Source: Hypanus sabinus (lineage: Eukaryota). From it: 64,000 nt of DNA. Both the position numbers and the translations under genes were made by a program. The notes beneath the pieces are model-generated. The model was not told the DNA's origin. It did no database searches and saw only the letters and a program-made list of their open reading frames with translations. The stretch's first letter is position 1. Every line of letters starts with the position of its first letter. The stretch is from NCBI RefSeq assembly GCF_030144855.1, contig NC_082722.1, positions 1,860,001 through 1,924,000 of the forward strand. The letters run 5' to 3'. Positions 63,202 to 64,000 of the stretch are shown one piece after another.

Positions 63202-64000
63202 CACATGTCAACGGATGCTGCCTGACCTGCTGAGTTCATCCTGATTTTAAGTCCAATCAACCCTCTCTGGCTCGATTTCAGCTTGTACTTCATTAATTAA
63301 AAAGCGGGTTTTCCGTACTCCTGACACCAGAGATGTTGTTTATAAGAGAGGCAATACTTCCCCAACTCTGTACTAAATCATGCCAGCAAGAAATTAAAAG
63401 CTTGCACTGTTATTACGTGCATCACGTGGCTAGTAACCTTTAGTGAATAATATATAACGGCATTTAGATCTTTCTATGACTTAAGAATTTGCAAGCTTTC
63501 ACATATTTGCTGACAAAATAAACAAAATTTGACAAGAGTTGAAGTAACTGACACAGATACGTGTCTCGATATTTGGTTAGCTCTGAAAATCCGACAGCAC
63601 AATCAGCCACAAGAGTTGTGTTGATCAAAAGTTAGTTTCATGAATTATGTATAGCTTGTTCAGTATTCACTGAAGTAGACTGTCTTTGGACAGGCAACAG
63701 AGGATACAACAACATTCTAACCAAATATATAGATTCAACAAGGAACAGATTATGTTGGTGAGATTGCTACTGTCGTCAAAGGTCGAGTGCACAAACACCT
63801 ATCATCTTTGGGAGGGACTCACATGTTTCTTTATAAGCTATCATGAAGGGGACCAGGACGACAATGCTTGGTTGTTGGCAGGTAGGGTTAATACCTGATT
63901 TTCAAGAACACGTGTGCGTTATTCTGCGGCTGGACTTAGTCCTTAAACTGCTGGAGAACACTTTGGAAATATCAGGTGCTGTTTTCTCCCGGTAGGGACA

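Larger units (their letters stand above)
60575..63245 (+). mobile_element. Penelope-like element (RT, linker, GIY-YIG, pLTR) split by a CR1
   Basis: YIDGLH/YIDD-type motif, HPALKFTWSISDTSL, YKPTDS, NAIPYSQFLRLRRICS. After the CR1: CIRCSRCGLLYIGET, GDRFVEHL and HFN. Confidence 0.88.

Noticed and set aside
63250-64000. Start of another gene in the non-repetitive window end
   Set aside because: Short ORFs have no motifs, and no in-frame exon could be built on either strand.

Overview
Eukaryotic genomic DNA, inferred from its repeat families to be a cartilaginous fish (probably a ray or skate). Most of the window is decayed and nested retroelements (CR1, L1, Rex1/Babar, L2/Crack, RTE, Penelope, several Ty3/Gypsy families) plus a Tc1-like fragment, with a 200-N gap at 59862-60061. 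One host gene can be assembled by hand on the + strand from phase-1 GT-AG exons: leader 15790-15844, Ig V domain with a germline-joined J-like GxGT motif 16091-16408, C1-set domain 27826-28104, and a transmembrane exon with a TM arginine 30861-30964. This gives 251 aa and looks like a non-rearranging VJ-C1 activating immune receptor with no RSS. Around the gene: a degenerate duplicated half-C1 that could be an in-frame cassette exon, a possible frameshift in the TM/tail exon, a 2.8-kb intronic tandem duplication starting at the V splice donor, and a Gypsy provirus ending about 330 bp upstream of the ATG. Elsewhere: hammerhead-ribozyme motifs in Penelope ends, three TSD-flanked mini-Penelope inserts with inversions, a short telomeric insertion, a Gypsy element with an inversion joined at an LTR end, and an LTR expanded to 8.2 kb by a 30-bp minisatellite with a 2.34-kb higher-order duplication. 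The giant ORFs at 52-60 kb are artefacts of that repeat. Repeat boundaries without a stated TSD are approximate.
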